A stretch of 37,171 bases of DNA from Bacteroidota bacterium (GTDB lineage Bacteria; Bacteroidota; Ignavibacteria; T3Sed10-11). Shown here one piece after another: positions 36,888 through 37,171 of this stretch; the stretch's first letter is position 1, and each line of letters opens with the position of its first letter. The position numbers and the translations under genes are program-made. The notes under the pieces are model-generated. The model saw only the letters and a program-made list of their open reading frames with translations, ran no database searches and was not told where the DNA came from. The DNA is taken from the NCBI GenBank assembly GCA_007131635.1, contig SLQE01000162.1:1-37171 (forward strand). Reading direction: 5' to 3'.

Positions 36888-37171
36888 TTACGTTTGTTTG
36901 GTTAATGGTATGTTCATGGTTTCTTTCGGACTCGAAAGCACTATATTGGTCAATGTACCGCTCACCCCCGGCCATGATTGTATCTTTGCAAGCATTTTTT
37001 CCAAAGAGGGTGTATCCTTCGAGCGAACTTTTATTATATGCGATCCCTGACCCGTTATCGAATGGCACTCAAGAATTTCATCGCTCTTCGACGCTTTTTC
37101 GATAAAACCCTGATAGTATTTCGACGAATCCAACGAGACGGTAATAAACGCCGTTATATGCAGACCGAACA
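36888..37171 (-). CDS. Lrp/AsnC-family transcriptional regulator, C-terminal part; the N-terminus lies beyond the right edge
   Basis: The track 'start' at 37133 is an internal TTG. The same frame stays open to the window edge ([78 protein letters not shown]). This is the RAM/AsnC_trans_reg ligand domain pattern (V.ech.vtG..d.l..v...d...L......l...pGV..t.T.ivl). Confidence 0.8.
   Translation of the reverse strand, partial: FGLHITAFITVSLDSSKYYQGFIEKASKSDEILECHSITGQGSHIIKVRSKDTPSLEKMLAKIQSWPGVSGTLTNIVLSSPKETMNIPLTKQT

Noticed and set aside
1-37171. Whole-window check for CRISPR arrays, IS/transposase/integrase genes, phage remnants, toxin-antitoxin or defence islands, and rRNA/tRNA genes
   Set aside because: None was found. 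Spacers are short, every ORF longer than 140 aa that is not a shadow ORF is either a recognisable housekeeping family or one of the five unknown or poorly characterised proteins listed, and no direct-repeat arrays or terminal inverted repeats were noticed by eye.

Overview
This is a core-genome stretch of a diderm bacterium: lnt, kdsA/C/D and lptA/B/C are all present. GC looks moderate by eye, and GGAG-type Shine-Dalgarno sites are used. I cannot name the lineage from sequence alone.

Layout:
- 1-9.5 kb (minus strand): gpmI 5' end, then the pnp-rpsO-ribF-truB-rbfA-infB-nusA-rimP cluster.
- 9.6-15.1 kb (minus strand): hotdog thioesterase, threonine aldolase, lnt, PAP2 phosphatase, ispF, acylphosphatase, EamA transporter.
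- 15.2-22.7 kb (plus strand): hrcA-grpE-dnaJ without dnaK, a comEA-like gene, a membrane-anchored unknown, a degenerate PilM-like gene, rsmD-coaD, an aminotransferase homologue lacking the PLP lysine, and a zinc-ribbon gene behind a perfect CIRCE operator.
- 22.7-32.1 kb (minus strand): one tight co-directional string, DAACS transporter-kdsA-kdsC-unknown-kdsD-lptC-OstA/LptA-like-lptB-aroF-tyrA.
- 32.2-37.2 kb: SlyD-like FKBP, purE, icd, a lipoprotein, glnA, and the 3' part of an Lrp/AsnC gene.

I saw no rRNA, tRNA, CRISPR array, transposase, integrase or recognisable defence or toxin module, and I do not see a clear novel multi-gene system. The most unusual items are:
- the CIRCE-controlled FmdB/Ruc-like gene;
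- the aminotransferase-like gene with several PLP-site residues replaced;
- the unknown ORF embedded in the Kdo/Lpt operon;
- the comEA / TM-protein / PilM-like trio.

CDS coordinates are anchored to the supplied ORF track and include the stop codon. All family calls are by-eye motif recognition; no searches were run. Coordinates of small motifs may be off by 1-2 nt.
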